Notes: generated by a model from the sequence alone, not told the origin. Numbered from the stretch's first letter, positions 27,729 through 40,382 are shown. The stretch is DNA of 64,000 nt from Chiloscyllium plagiosum (GCF_004010195.1 NC_057720.1:27613410-27677409), one strand, 5' to 3'. Numbers and translations: made by a program.

Positions 27729-29168
27729 TTCACTCAGAGTGAAGAAACAACCCTTTAGAACTGAGATGAGGAGGAACTTCTTCAGCCAGAGGGTGGTTAA
27801 TCTGAGGACCTCTTTATAGGTATAACAATCATTATTCAATAATAATGCAGAATTGATGGGCTGAATGTCCTAATTCCGCTCCTATATCTTAGGGTCTTAC
27901 AGTCTCTGTATTAAAACAAACATTTGTATTTTTTAAATTTATTCAAAGAAAATGAGCAATTCTGCAAAACTGGCACTAATTACCCATTCCTGTAGTTCGT
28001 TAGGAAGATTTTAGCGGACCACCTTTTTAAAATCTCCATGTGAAGATATTCTTAGACAGGGAATTCCAGAATATTGCTTCAGTGGTGATGTGGCCAAGCA
28101 ATAATACTTTGCACCATTCTGCTCTTGCCTGTTATATTATGGTGCTTGGGAAGTGTAATGTTGGGCTTAAAAATATCTTCAAAACCAGACAGTTAAAGGT
28201 TAATAGCTCATGTCAATCAGCAATTGAAGAAAAGTAGGAAAGGACAAGAAAAACAGGCCTAATGCAAAAACAGCCTCTTTTGGCTGGGGGATACTGCCTG
28301 ACCTTGAAAGGTAGTGGGAATTGTCCGCTTGTGCCGTTTAGAAAGGGCCATGTGAACTTATTTTTCACCTACTTTTGAGAAGTGGAAAAGTACTGTAGTC
28401 ATTACAAAATGGAGATTCAGCATGTAATCTTAGATTCAGAATAGTGTTATTAATCAGATCGAGGTTATGAGACCAGGGCCAAGGACTTTTCACCGTCAGC
28501 CTGGGGTTTGTGAGACTGTTGCCATGGAACCTGACAAACAGCTCTAATTCCTATTGTTACCAAAATTCCTGATGGATAGAAGGCAATGTGAGCTTCACTT
28601 GTTTGTATATATATGTATATTATGTAGTTTAAGCTAATAGAGTCACTCATTAGTTTGTGTATGTCTCTAATATATAATAAGTAGACTAAGCTTCACATTA
28701 AAGTGCTCATGTCTTCTTGTATTCACTTTGTTCAGTCACTAAAGAACTCATTAGGTATTTTCAGCCTAACAATCCAGGAGGTGCTGCCAAAGAGTAAACC
28801 GTTTGCCACAGTATGCCAGGCTCTTGACTGATCTCGTAGGTGTGACAATTAGGCAACTGATGTACTTGAATTTCTGGTCAATAGTAACCCAGGAATGTTG
28901 ATAGCTGGGGGTTTTGGCAATAATATCGTTAGATGTCAAGGACTGACGATTAGACTCCCATTCTGATGGGCATCCCCTGATTCTTGCAGTACAGAGATAT
29001 TATTTTCCATTTTAATCAGGCTTGATTATGCCTACATCTTGGTGTTTGGACTGCTTTGTTGCCTGAGAAATCGTAAATGTGGCTGAGACGTCACATTTCT
29101 GATATAATTTATAAATAATGCTGAAGATGGATGTGCTTCAGATGCTGTCCCGATCAGGATAAAGTCTT

Positions 29169-29202
29169 ATTCTGAAGAAGGGCTTATGCCCGAAACGTCG
29201 AT
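29169..29202 (+). ncRNA. Minimal hammerhead motif (family A) at the 5' edge of a solo pLTR
   Basis: att-CTGAAGA-A-GGGC-ttat-GCCC-GAAA-CG-TC-gat. Core intact, stem I short. Confidence 0.7.
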
Positions 29203-29296
29203 TCTCCTGTTCCCTGGATGCTGCCTGACCTGCTGCGCTTTTCCAGCAACACATTTCCAGCTCTGATCTCCAGCATCTGCAGACCTCACTTTCTCC
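29172..29296 (+). mobile_element. Solo PLE pLTR, family A
   Basis: Hammerhead core plus about 95 nt of conserved tail ending cactttctcc. Flanked on both sides by tcttatt. Confidence 0.75.
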
Positions 29297-30469
29297 TCTT
29301 ATTTTTTATGCCAAGTATGACTTCAGTTGAAGTAATCTCCAGTAAAGATGAACCTACTGCAATTATATAAAATGTTGGCGCGAGACCACAATGCGGAGTA
29401 GTTTGGTCCCCTTATCGATGGAAGGACATACATGCCTTTTGAGGGATTGCACTAGAGGTCCACCAGACTAACCCCTTTGACAGAGATTGAGTTAACTGGA
29501 CCTGTATTCAAAAACTGATGGGGAATCCTATTGAAACTTAGAAAATTCTTAAAGGGTGTGACAAGGTGCATGTAAATGGGATGTTTTCCCTGGCTTGTGA
29601 GTCGAGAAACAGGGAACATAATCTGAATAAGAAATAGACCATTTAAAATTGAGATGAGGAGGAATTTCTTCATTCAGAGGGTGGTCAATCTTTGGAAATC
29701 TCTGCACCAAAGGGCTGGGAAAGATCAATCCTTGAGCATGTTCAGCCAATAGCTACCTGGAGACTCAGAGTATCAATGTTGAGGATATAATGCAGGAAAA
29801 CAGCATTGAGGTAACCATGATCTGATTGAATAACACAGCAGACTCAACAGGCTGAATGTCCTACTGCCAATGTTAAGTTCTGTGTTCAGTTGCTCGAGAA
29901 TTTCCTCCTGATCGCCATTGACTTCAATTTTATTAGGACTCCTTGGTGCCACACTTATTTTAATGCTGACTTGATGTCAGAGACAGTCAATTGTTCATTT
30001 CTAGAATTGCGAAATGTATTTGTCTATGTTTGAACCAAGGCCGGAGCTTAGTGGTTCTGATGGAATCCAAACTGAGAATTAGTGAACATGTTGTTGGTGA
30101 GTTAGTGACAATTGTTAGCACCATGGATAATTTCTTGCATAACTTCGTTGCTGGGCTGGTAATAGGCTGAGTTGGATTCTGGACAAGATAAAACCTGTGA
30201 AGTTTTGCACATTCTGGTATATAGTAGTGTCGTAACTCTTCTGCATTAGCTTGATTAGCTTCTGCATTAGCTTAATGCGGGAGCACAGGTCTTCAGCCTG
30301 ACATTGGAAATGCTGCAGGGGCCCTGTAACATTTACTGTGCCACCTGTAGTCAGCTATTTCTTCATGTTAGTTGGCATAAATTATTGTATTTACTATATA
30401 TGCAGGATCTCCCAACTCACTTGATGTACAATCAAAGAATTGTCATCAGAGGTTTGTGTAAAGCCTGTG

Positions 30470-30785
30470 TGACTCTCTAGTAAACCTTTCCCCTCTGAAT
30501 CAAGCCCTACTTCAACCTCATAAGCACAATGTTTAGCTGGCGCAAATATCGAGTGAATGCTGTATTTTTGGAGATGAAGTCTGTCAAATGAGACATTAAA
30601 CTGAGGACTCTTTGACTGCTCAAACAGATTAATGGCACTATTTCAAGACCAGGTGAATTTTTCTAGGTGTGCTGGCTTATTGGTATCTCTCAACCAACAG
30701 ACATTTATCTTAACATTATTGATGGGGGCTTGTTGGACAGACATGTGATTGGTATTTGGGAGTCATTACAAGCACTTACACAGAA
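30470..30785 (+). mobile_element. Ancient Deu-domain SINE
   Basis: atgagacattaaactgagg..atggcactattt..ctcaaccaac. Confidence 0.55.
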
Positions 30786-31314
30786 ATAGTTATGGTCAAA
30801 ACAATTGGGACCTGCTCAGTAAGGCCCCTGCTCACCAACTCTTTCTTTGTTTTCAATCTGGGGTCATACCAATTTGGGCTCACTGTGGGAAGAAGTCTGC
30901 AAAGCACTATACTACACTATAAAAGCCATTCATTCACAACAAGTTTGCACAAAACATACCATGAAAAATTACCACAATTCCATTCTGCTATGCTGGTTGA
31001 AATAACAGTTATCTTGCCTTATGAAAATTCCAACACAAACAAGCAAATGATTCCAATTCAACATCTCAGTTGAAAGCACACAACATTGCAGTGTTCCCTC
31101 ATGACTGGACTGAAGAATCAGCCTAGATTGTGTGCCGAAGTCCTCTGACTTTCTCAGGGGTTAAAATGTTACCATTGAGCCAAGATACCTAAAGCACTGT
31201 TATAGTTTTCTAAAATTGTTTTCAGAAGTTGAACCTATTTCAAGGAATTAGGTCAACCATTCTTGCCATAAATGATTTAATATTTCATGATGAATTTCTT
31301 TTTCTTCTGTGCAG

Positions 31315-31600
31315 TGCTGGTGTGGGTCGAACTGGCTGCTTTATTGTGATCGATGCCATGCTAGAAAGGATCAAACATGAGAAGACAGTTGATATCTACG
31401 GTCATGTCACCTGCATGAGAGCACAGCGAAATTACATGGTGCAAACAGAAGATCAGTATATCTTCATTCATGAGGCCCTCCTTGAGGCAGCAACATGTGG
31501 AAACACAGAAGTTCCAGCAAGAAATCTCTTTGCCCACATACAGAAACTTGGTCAGGTTCCACCAGCAGAGACAGTCTCAGCCATGGAGCTCGAATTCAAG
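31315..31600 (+). CDS. PTPRF: PTPRF exon, D1 active site, Q-loop and linker: (S)[23 protein letters not shown]...SAMELEFK
   Basis: Pyrimidine tract and GCAG acceptor, GTCAGT donor, 286 nt. Completes HCSAGVGR. VTCMR and KLGQVPP are PTPRF-type. Confidence 0.95.
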
Positions 31601-31650
31601 GTCAGTGCTACAACTAATGTATAGGTTTTATATATTGGCAAAATACTTGA

Positions 31651-31769
31651 AGGGCTTATGCCCGAAACGTGGATTCTCCTGTTCCCTGGATGCTGCCTGA
31701 CCTGCTGCGCTTTTCCAGCAACACATTTTCAGCTCTGATCTCCAGCATCTGCAGACCTCACTTTCTCCT
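31651..31769 (+). mobile_element. Solo PLE pLTR, family A, 50 nt downstream of an exon
   Basis: Near-identical to 29172-29296. Flanks caaaatacttga (31639-50) and caaaatgcttga (31770-81). Confidence 0.75.
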
Positions 31770-32165
31770 CAAAATGCTTGATGTGATCACTTTAATTGAC
31801 CATTAAACTGATTTTGACAGAAACTATTAAAACAAATTGGAAATATTAAATGCGTAGTATTTTCTAATTGATGCTTCCCCTCATTTCACTTCTAGTGCTT
31901 AAACTAGAACTAGCCTGGTGTTGATTCATTCAGTGATTATTTCTTCCTCCCACCCATTCTTCACATGTCCCTTAGTAACATGATTGAGAACAAGAATGTA
32001 ACACATCGAATTATGGAACCTGCACCCGATATACTACCACGCCTGTCCGTCCTGAACGTGTTATGTTGCGTTATACTGTGAAGAGGAAAACAAAAGCTAT
32101 CTTGACATCATCGAAATATTAGTACAGGAATTCCTGTTTAATGCCTCTATCCTCCATGAGAACTC

Positions 32166-32486
32166 AGATTAGATTAGATTAGATTAGATTACATTACAGT
32201 GTGGAAACAGGCCCTTCGGCCCAACAAGTCCACACCGACCCGCCGAAGCGAAACCCACCCATACCCCTACATTTACCCCTTACCTAACACTACGGGCAAT
32301 TTAGCATGGCCAATTCACCTGACCCTGCACATCTTTGGACTGTGGGAGGAAACCGGAGCACCCGGAGGAAACCCACGCAGACACGGGGAGAACGTGCAAA
32401 CTCCACACAGTCAGTCGCCTGAGGCGGGAATTGAACCCGGGTCTCAGGCGCTGTGAGGCAGCAGTGCTAACCACCGTGCCACCCAC
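32166..32486 (-). mobile_element. Young HE1-type SINE with (AATCT)n tail
   Basis: CpG-rich, near-identical in reverse to 35542-35874. Confidence 0.9.
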
Positions 32487-32535
32487 TAATCTAATCTAAT
32501 CTAATCTAATCTAATCTAATCTAATCTAATCTAAT
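32486..32535 (+). repeat. (CTAAT)10 microsatellite
   Basis: Directly visible. A shorter run lies at 42898-42922. Confidence 0.95.
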
Positions 32536-32722
32536 ATGCAGGTTAAGTGGATTGGCCATGCTATATTGTCTGTAGTGTCCAATAAATTGTAGGCTAGGTA
32601 GGTTAGCGAGGGAAATATGGGCACAGGGTGCAGATGGGTCTGTCTGGGATGATCTTCAGAGGGTCAGTGCAGACACGATGGGTCAAATGGCCTCTTTCCA
32701 TATTGTTGGGATTCTATAATTC
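32536..32722 (+). mobile_element. 3' half of an older HE1-like SINE
   Basis: gcaggttaagtggattggccatgcta...ggcctctttcca...gggattctat. Confidence 0.6.
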
Positions 32723-32750
32723 TAGAACTGTCTATTCTTAATGCATTTTT

Positions 32751-33235
32751 AGATGTAGGTTTGCTCGCTGAGCTGGAAGGTTAATTTCCAGACATTTCAT
32801 CACCCTACTAGGTAACATCTTCAGTGGGCCTCTGGGCAAAGCACTGCTGATAATTCCTGCTTTCTATTTACATGTTTGGGTTTCTTTGGGTTGGTGATAT
32901 CATTTCATGTTCTTTTTCTCAGGGGGTGGTAAATGGGATCTAACTCGATGTGTTTGTTGATAGAGTTCCGGTTGGAACTCTCATGCGTGTCTCTGTTTGG
33001 CTTGTCCTAGGATGGCTGTGTTGTCCCAGTCATTGTGGTGTCCTTCCTTATCTGTGTGTAAGGATACTAGTGAGAGAGGGTCATGTCGTTTTGTGGCTAG
33101 TTGATGCTTTGCCTGGAGGCTCACTGAAGATGTTATCTAATAGGGTGATGAAACTTCTGGAAATGAACCTTCCAGCTCCGTGAGCAAACCTACATCCAGA
33201 ACATCAACCTGAGCTACGTATCTTCTCAAAATTCA
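32751..33235. mobile_element. Fold-back PLE remnant, family B: inverted pLTRs with a deleted GIY-YIG piece
   Basis: Inverted pLTR copies at both ends. Internal homology to 34230-34510. Flanks ttaatgcattttt and ttattgcattttt. Confidence 0.75.
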
Positions 33236-34088
33236 TTATTGCATTTTTCTCATTACTTTTATTCTTCATATGTTTATCTGATAAATTCCTCTTGAATTGT
33301 AATAATTGATTTTGCATATATTTGTGGCAATGCATTCCATATTCTACCACTGGTCGTTCTGCTATTATGCGCATTTCGTTTATTTGAGTTAACACAGGAT
33401 TGCGTGAGATTGGAACTACCACGTTATAGCAGAACCGACTTTAACTCTTTATACAACATGTGACTAACCACCACCCCTCTGTAGCTTATATAGATCCCAT
33501 GTTTGTGCTCTCCCACTTATTAATTTGTGTTAATCTTGCACAACTTTACACCTATTCAAAATGCATTTGCATTATGAAAGATTCACATTCTTTGTTTTTC
33601 TTCACTGAAATACAGTTTTAGATTTGCCAAAGTTGAAAAAAGTAGAAGTCCTCTTAAACTTGTGTTGAGCAGTTATTTGTACTGTGATTCCCATAGTAAA
33701 GGCTTCATGCAAATTACTGCAAGCTGAATGTAAAATTCTGGTTGTCTGAAGCTCTCTTCTTGAGCATTCGAAGAATGGTCTTTATATGAAGGCTCAATTA
33801 CATCTAGTAGTCTACAACCAATTGAATACAAAAATAAAATACTGTGTTACTATAGGGAAATTCTCAATGTAGAATTATCTATAATTTGAAAGTCAAATGC
33901 AAATCATTTGGACAGGGTTGAAAGCTGCCATCTTTGGTTCACACAATATATTTCAAAAGTATGTTTTTCTAGACATTTCAGCATATCTAGTCCTTTTGAA
34001 ATATTTCACTGCATTAGTGAAATCAATGTAACATTAAATAGCACAGCTAAGGGAAATAAAGAGGGTAAATCTAAACAGGATGTTTCAG

Positions 34089-34903
34089 CGAGTTTTGAGA
34101 AGATTTGTTGCTCAGGTTGAGGTTTTGGATGTAGGTTTGCTCACTGAGCTGAAAGGTTCATTTCCAGAAGTTTCATTACCTTATTAGGTAACATCTTCAG
34201 TGGACCTCATGCGAAGCAATGCTGAAGATTCCTGCTTTATATTTATATGTTTGGGTTTCTTTGGGTAGGTGATGTCATTTCCTGTGGTGAAGTCACTTCC
34301 TGTTCCTTTTCTCAGGGATGGTAGATGGGGTCTAACTCGATGTGTTTGTTGATAGAGTTCCAGTTAGAATGCCTTGCTTCTAGGAATTCTCATGCGTGTC
34401 TTTATTTGGCTGGTCCTAGGATGGATGTATTGTCCCAGTCAAAGTGGTGTCCTACCTCATCCGTATGTGAGGATACTAGTGGGAGAGGGTCATGTCTTTT
34501 TGTGGCTAGTTGGAGTTCATGTATCCTGGTGGCTAGGTTTCTGCCTGTTTGTCCAATGTAGTGTTTGTTACAGTCCTTGCACGGTATTTTGTAAATGACA
34601 AAATCCAGACAATGAGCAAAACTAACATTATTTACAAAATACCGTGCAAAGACTGTAACAAACACTACATTGGACAAACAGGCAGAAAACTAGCCACCAT
34701 GATACATGAACACCAACTAGCCACAAAAAGATATGACCCTCTCTCACGAGTATCCTCACATACGGATGAGGAATGACACCACTTTGACTGGGACAATACA
34801 TCCATCCTAGGACAAGCCAAACAAAGACACGCACGAGAATTCCTAGAAGTATGGCATTCTAACTGGAACTCTATCAACAAACACATCAAGTTAGACGCCA
34901 TCT
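34089..34903. mobile_element. Penelope/Poseidon-like element 3' end with an inverted duplication of the GIY-YIG endonuclease region (family B)
   Basis: IIYKIPCKDCNKHYIGQTGRKLATxIHEH is encoded on both strands. Arms at about 34323-34596 and 34630-34903. pLTR with hammerhead at left. Confidence 0.9.
34163..34204 (-). ncRNA. Hammerhead motif (family B), slightly decayed
   Basis: Minus strand reads TCCA-CTGAAGA-T-GTTACCT-aata-AGGTAAT-GAAA-CT-TC-TGGA. Sister copies at 32787-32828 (-) and 33120-33161 (+) together give the consensus GAAACGTC. Confidence 0.7.
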
Positions 34904-35454
34904 AATGGAAGATTTGAGTTATAAAAATAGGCTGGAAAGGCTGGGAGTTATTCTCACGAGCATAGGAGGTTGAGAGGTGGCCTTATCGACGTTCATAAAA
35001 TTATGATTGGCACAGATAAGATGAATAGCAATGGTCTATTCCCGAGAGTTGGGGAGTTCAAAATTAGAGGGCATATTTTTAAGATGAGAAGAGAAAGGAA
35101 AAAGGATATGAGAGGTAGCTTTTTTTAGGCAGAGAGTGGTTCTTGTGTGGAATGAACTGTCAGAAGAAGTGTTAGATGCAGATAAATTTACGACATTTAA
35201 AAGACATTTGTACATGAATAGGTAAGATTTGGAGCAAATGCAGATAAATGGGGCTAGTTTGGGATTGTAGTCAGCATGGACAAGTTGGACCAAAGGGTTT
35301 GTTTCCATGCTGTATGTGATGCTAGAATGTTTCCATTTGTGGACAAAACCAGACGAAGGGCATAAATATGAAACAGTTACTAATAGATCCAATTGAGATT
35401 GAGGACAAACTTCTTTACCCTGAGTTTAGTTAGAATGTAGAAATTGTCACCATC

Positions 35455-36612
35455 TTAAGATGCTTCATCAATGACCTACCATCCATCATAAGGTCAGCAG
35501 TGGGGATGTTCACCAATGATAGCACAATCTTCAACACTTATGGTGGGCGGCACGGTGGCACAGTGGTTAGCACTGCAGCCTCACAGCGCCAGAGACCCGG
35601 GTTCAATTCCCGCCTCAGGCGACTGACTGTGTGGAGTTTGCACATTCTCCCCGTGACTGCGTGGGTTTCCTCCGGGTGCTCCGGTTTCCTCCCACAATCC
35701 AAAAATGTGCAGGTTAGGTGAATTGGCCACGCTAAATTGCCCGTAGTGTTAGGTAAGTGGTAAATGTAGGAGAATGGGTCTGGGTGGGTTACGCTTCGGC
35801 GGTTCGGTGTGGACTTGTTGGGCCGAAGGGCCTGTTTCCACACTGTAGGTAATCTAATCTAATCTAATCTAATCTTATTGCTCAAACACTGAAGCAGTCC
35901 AGGTTCAAAGAACCGGATAATATCCAAGCTTGGCAAGCAACATGAGCGCCACACAAATGCCAGACTATGACCATCATTGAATCCACCACTATGGGAGCTA
36001 TCATTGGCCAGAAACTCAACTGGACTCACCACATAAACACAGTGGCTACAAGACCAGGTCAGAGCTAGGAACTCTGCAGGAAGTAACTCACTTCCTGAAT
36101 CCCTAAAACCTTTCTACAAGGCACAAGTCAGGAATGTGATGGAATACTGTCTACTTGAATGGATAAGTGAAACTCCGACAACCCTCAAGAAGCTTGACAC
36201 CAACCAGGACAAAGCAGCCTGCTTGTTTGGCACTACATCCACAAACATCCACTCCCTCCACCACTAACGGTCGATAGCAGCAGTGTGTACTTTCTACAAG
36301 GCGCACTGCAGAAATTCAACAAAAATCCTCAAACAGCACCTTCCAAACTCATGACCACTTCCACCTAAAAGGATAAGGGCAGCAGATCATGGGAACACCA
36401 ACATCTTCAAGTTCCCTTCCAAACCACTCACCATCCTGACTTGGAAAGATATGACCATTCGTTCACTGTCACTGGGTCAAAATTCTGGAATTTCGTCCCT
36501 CATGGCATTGTAGGTCAACCCACTGCAGCAATTCAGGAGGGCAGATCACCACATCTTCTAACCAGGCATAGGCAATAAATGCTGGCATAGTCAGCGATGC
36601 CCACATCTGACA
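35455..36612 (+). mobile_element. Second LINE family 3' fragment hosting an HE1 SINE; an older + copy lies at about 21545-23070
   Basis: Reverse-complement homology to 41245-42200. Ends ggcaataaatgctggc..cccacatc. Confidence 0.75.
35542..35874 (+). mobile_element. Young HE1-type SINE nested in a LINE
   Basis: A/B boxes, core and (AATCT)5 tail. Confidence 0.9.
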
Positions 36613-38038
36613 CATTAATTTTTAAAAAAACATGGAGTCATTCAGATAGTGAGCATGGATGAGAAAAATGCAGATAAATATTAAATCTAGATTGAAAATT
36701 AAGAAGAGCGTGGAAAACAATATACTCAAGGTTTATTCAATGAAGTAGGAGACTATTTGTATCATAAATACCAGAGTAGATCTGCTGAGCCATGTAGTCT
36801 GTTTCTAAACTGCAAATATTATGTAATAACTATGGTAATGTTAAATGGCTATTTTTATTCACAACCAGCCTCTTGATTAATGGCTGAAGAGACCATTAAT
36901 TAATGAAAACCCAAATGGTGTACAATGTTTTCAGATTAAGGTGGCAACCCATGTTGATGCTTACCTGCCAAACAAACATGCAGATTTTGGGTGTGATTAG
37001 ATCAGTGTTAAGTCTGCTTTTGACTTGTCAGCTGCTTTTGAAGGTGTTGGTCAGGTTTTACAAGTTGACATGTATGTTGCTACCTCAGATGAGCAACCAG
37101 GGTGTGGCACATGGTTTCATATTTATGTTCAACTAAAGTTGATGTAATAATTGGAACATCTAGGTATTATGTTGGCTAAAAGAGAGAAGTTGTTTTGTCT
37201 ATATGCTCATTGAAATAATTAGATTGTCAAAAATGCCATTGGAAATTGCATACCTTTGCACGCAACACGACAAAAAGCAAGAACAATCGTCATTCTAGTT
37301 AATTAACCTTCAACTGCACTCAGTACAATGTGAGAACATGAAATTTCTTTGTTTTAATCTTTTTGTTAGAATTCAAGCCACCGATAGAATGCTGTATTTC
37401 CATTTTAAGTTTCAGTTAATCATTGATTACTTTTAAGTTTATCTGAACAACTCATTTTTTTCTTCTGATTTTTCCCATCCTTTCCTCCAGCACATTCCAG
37501 CCTCACTTTCCCAACATCTTCTCGAGTGTCAGTGACTCAAATGGAGGTTCTGATATCCTGTGGGTGCTTCACCCAAGTAACCATTCTTCATGTATCAGTT
37601 TGGACAGTAGGTGGTGGTAGCCTACTTTAACAAATTGTCATGACTGTTGATCTCATTCTTATTATTCTTGTATGCATGCATGTGTACAAACTTATAAATG
37701 CATAATCACACACATCCAATTCCTATTACTGTTCCTGGACAGCAGGTTGAGACTTGGTTATCTCGGTGCATAGGCTAATTCCAGATAATTTTGATTTTCT
37801 CCTGTAGCGATTCTGCTGTAAAATTCTATAATTATCTGTGTAATGGCCTGTAATTTGTTTTCACAGATGTGTCATAAGAATATTTTCTTCCTGTCTTCTG
37901 CATATTGAGGAATGCTTTTGTGACAGATATGGAGCTTGAGCACTCAAACACTACTGGCCCAAGTGGCCTGTCTTTCTGCTGTTCCATGCAAACCCATCTT
38001 ACATTTTGGGGCTAACCTATTTTAATATTTATTTGCAG

Positions 38039-38217
38039 CGCTTGGCAAACTCAAAAGCACATACCTCACGATTCATCAGTGCCAATCTCCCTTGTAACAA
38101 GTTTAAGAACCGGCTAGTAAACATCATGCCATATGAGTCCACCCGAGTTTGCCTGCAGCCAATCCGAGGAGTTGAGGGCTCTGATTATATCAATGCCAGC
38201 TTCATCGATGGGTACAG
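38039..38217 (+). CDS. PTPRF: PTPRF exon, start of D2: [59 protein letters not shown](R)
   Basis: TTGCAG acceptor, GT at 38218. 179 nt, phase 0/2. Confidence 0.95.
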
Positions 38218-38364
38218 GTACTACAATTTTCCACTTGGAAAGCTTGCCATTTTCTTATTTACTCCATACCAGCTTTTCAGTAACATCTGTAACCTTCAAT
38301 ATGTCGTTCCTCTTAGAAATAAATGTGGTGCATTTTTAAAGCTTGGCTTAAAAGTCTTTTGCAG

Positions 38365-38700
38365 CCAAAGAATCACTTTTTAACTGTAGCCAGTTGTGTA
38401 AAGAATTGCAGTTGTGGCACGTCCCACTAATATCAATGAAATGAATGATCAGTTTATCAAACTTGGCCAGGACGTTGAGAGATCTCCCTTACTCTTTGAA
38501 TAACACTAAAAGAACCTCTGTGTTCACCTGAGAAAGCAAATAGGGTCTTTGTTTATTGTCTGTTCTGAAAGTTGCCACTTTCATCAGTGCGATCTTTCTT
38601 CACTGTTGTTTAGGTATCAATATGGGTATAAATCTGTGCTGAAGTTTCTAGACATACAAATAAACTTTATCTTCTGAAAGATAAGAACTGGGGATGCTGA
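38365..38700 (-). mobile_element. Ancient Deu-domain SINE; a head fragment also lies at about 31060-31185 (-)
   Basis: Reverse-complement Deu motifs ttggccaggac..actctt..ttcacctgaga. Confidence 0.5.
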
Positions 38701-39109
38701 AGATTTCTTTCAAGTCTTATCTTTAAAGATATGCACATACAAGTCAAATAAAGCAAAGATCTTTAATGGATGTGACTCAGTTTAAAGATTAGAAAAAGAA
38801 TGCATAATGCAAAACTACTATACTGTCAGCTGTATTCTGCTTCTTTGCAAATAGAATAGCATTGACTCAACACACTTAAAGCACAGAGCATTATAACAAT
38901 TCACTTTTACTTCTTATTTGTAATGTATTGGCATTGATGCTCTTCCATAAACTCGTATCCGCGTGTTGAATTGGGCAGCGAAAGATTCTTGGAGATTTAC
39001 AAGGGTTTATTGTAAATCTGTAGTTAAGTACTATCATCATTTGTACCTTTCCCTTTCTAATTCTCTCCCTGTCCAGAAACCAACACCCAAATGGGGGAGA
39101 TTTAGTTCT

Positions 39110-39495
39110 TTTCTTTTAATCAATCTGTTCAGATGTGTGATGATACATCTCTGGATCAGGTGGGACTTAAACCAGGCCTTCATATTCAAAGGTAGAGACT
39201 ATCACTGCATCACAGATCTCACAAAAGGACAGTCGACAGAACTTGAAGTTGTATTGAGGAACACCAGTCTCCAGTTCATTGCCTTATCCATTCAGCCATG
39301 GTTACAGGCCCTTGAAACTTAGAAACTATCTATTGTATGGGACTGCTGTGTGCAACAGTCCCCTTTTAATAGTCTGTTAGTCATTTCAATCAACATGTCT
39401 GGACATGCTACGACACATGGCCTAGGTAGATGGGACTTACATCTAGATGATCTGGCCCAGCGGCATGAACACTACCACTGTGCTGCAACAGCCTG
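39110..39495 (-). mobile_element. Two ~110-bp short tRNA-like SINE copies (39110-39222, 39385-39493); a third lies at about 22062-22142
   Basis: Shared ttaatca..ttcag..gtgggactt.aacc.agg..acactac.actg motif in all three copies. Confidence 0.5.
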
Positions 39496-40087
39496 ATAAC
39501 TGTTAGATATTTTAATCAGCTTGTTTGGTTCAGCTGTGAGGAGGATGGTATTAAACTTCAAAAGGGCAGAGAGAGTTTGTTAGAATTGTTGGACAAGTGA
39601 CAGATGAAATTCAGATGCATAGAAATGCATTCAAATGAATTTGTTTTAGCAGGAAAAACAAGAGGCAATACAAAATAAAAGGTACAATTCTAAAGGGAGT
39701 GCAAGAACAGAGAAATCTGTATGTATATGTGTATAAATTATTGCAGTGAGGAAACTGATTGAGAGCACAGTTAATAAAGCAAGATCCTGAGCTTTATCAA
39801 CTGTGCCATATAAATGCAACGAAGCAATGACAAGCCTGTACTGAACAGTTTGGCCTCAGCTGGAGTTTTGCATTCAGTTCTCTGGGCACCGTTTTTAAGG
39901 TAGGCTGTGAAAGTATTAGAGAAGATGGACCCAATGGTTCCAAGGATGAGGGTTACATAGTTAGCTGGGAGAAGAGGTTGAGAAAAGTTGTTACAAGCAT
40001 TCAAAATCTTAAGGTGTAGAATGGGAGAAACTGTCTCATTGATAAAGGGATCAAGAACCCAAGGACACTTATTTAAAATTTAAATTC

Positions 40088-40382
40088 ATTCATAGGATGA
40101 GGGCATCACTGGCTGGGCTACCATTTATTGCCCATCCCTAATTGCAGTTAAGAGTAACCACACTGCTGTGTGGTCGAGAGTCACATGTAGACTAGGCCAG
40201 GTAAGGATAGCAGTTTCTTCCTGGAAGGGCATTATTGAAGCAGATGTTTTTTTTCCCAACAATCACTCTTAATTCCAAATTCCACAACCCACCATGGCAA
40301 GATTTGAACCCAGGTCCCCTGAACATTACCTGGGTCTCTGGATTAGCAATCCAATGATAATACCACAAGACCATTGTCTTCT
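40088..40382 (-). mobile_element. tRNA-headed SINE sharing its 3' tail with the second LINE family
   Basis: Minus-strand B box GGTTCAAATC. The tail (plus strand gggcatcactggctgg..catttattgccc..ccctaattgc) matches LINE ends at 7470, 10270 and 41250. Confidence 0.7.
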
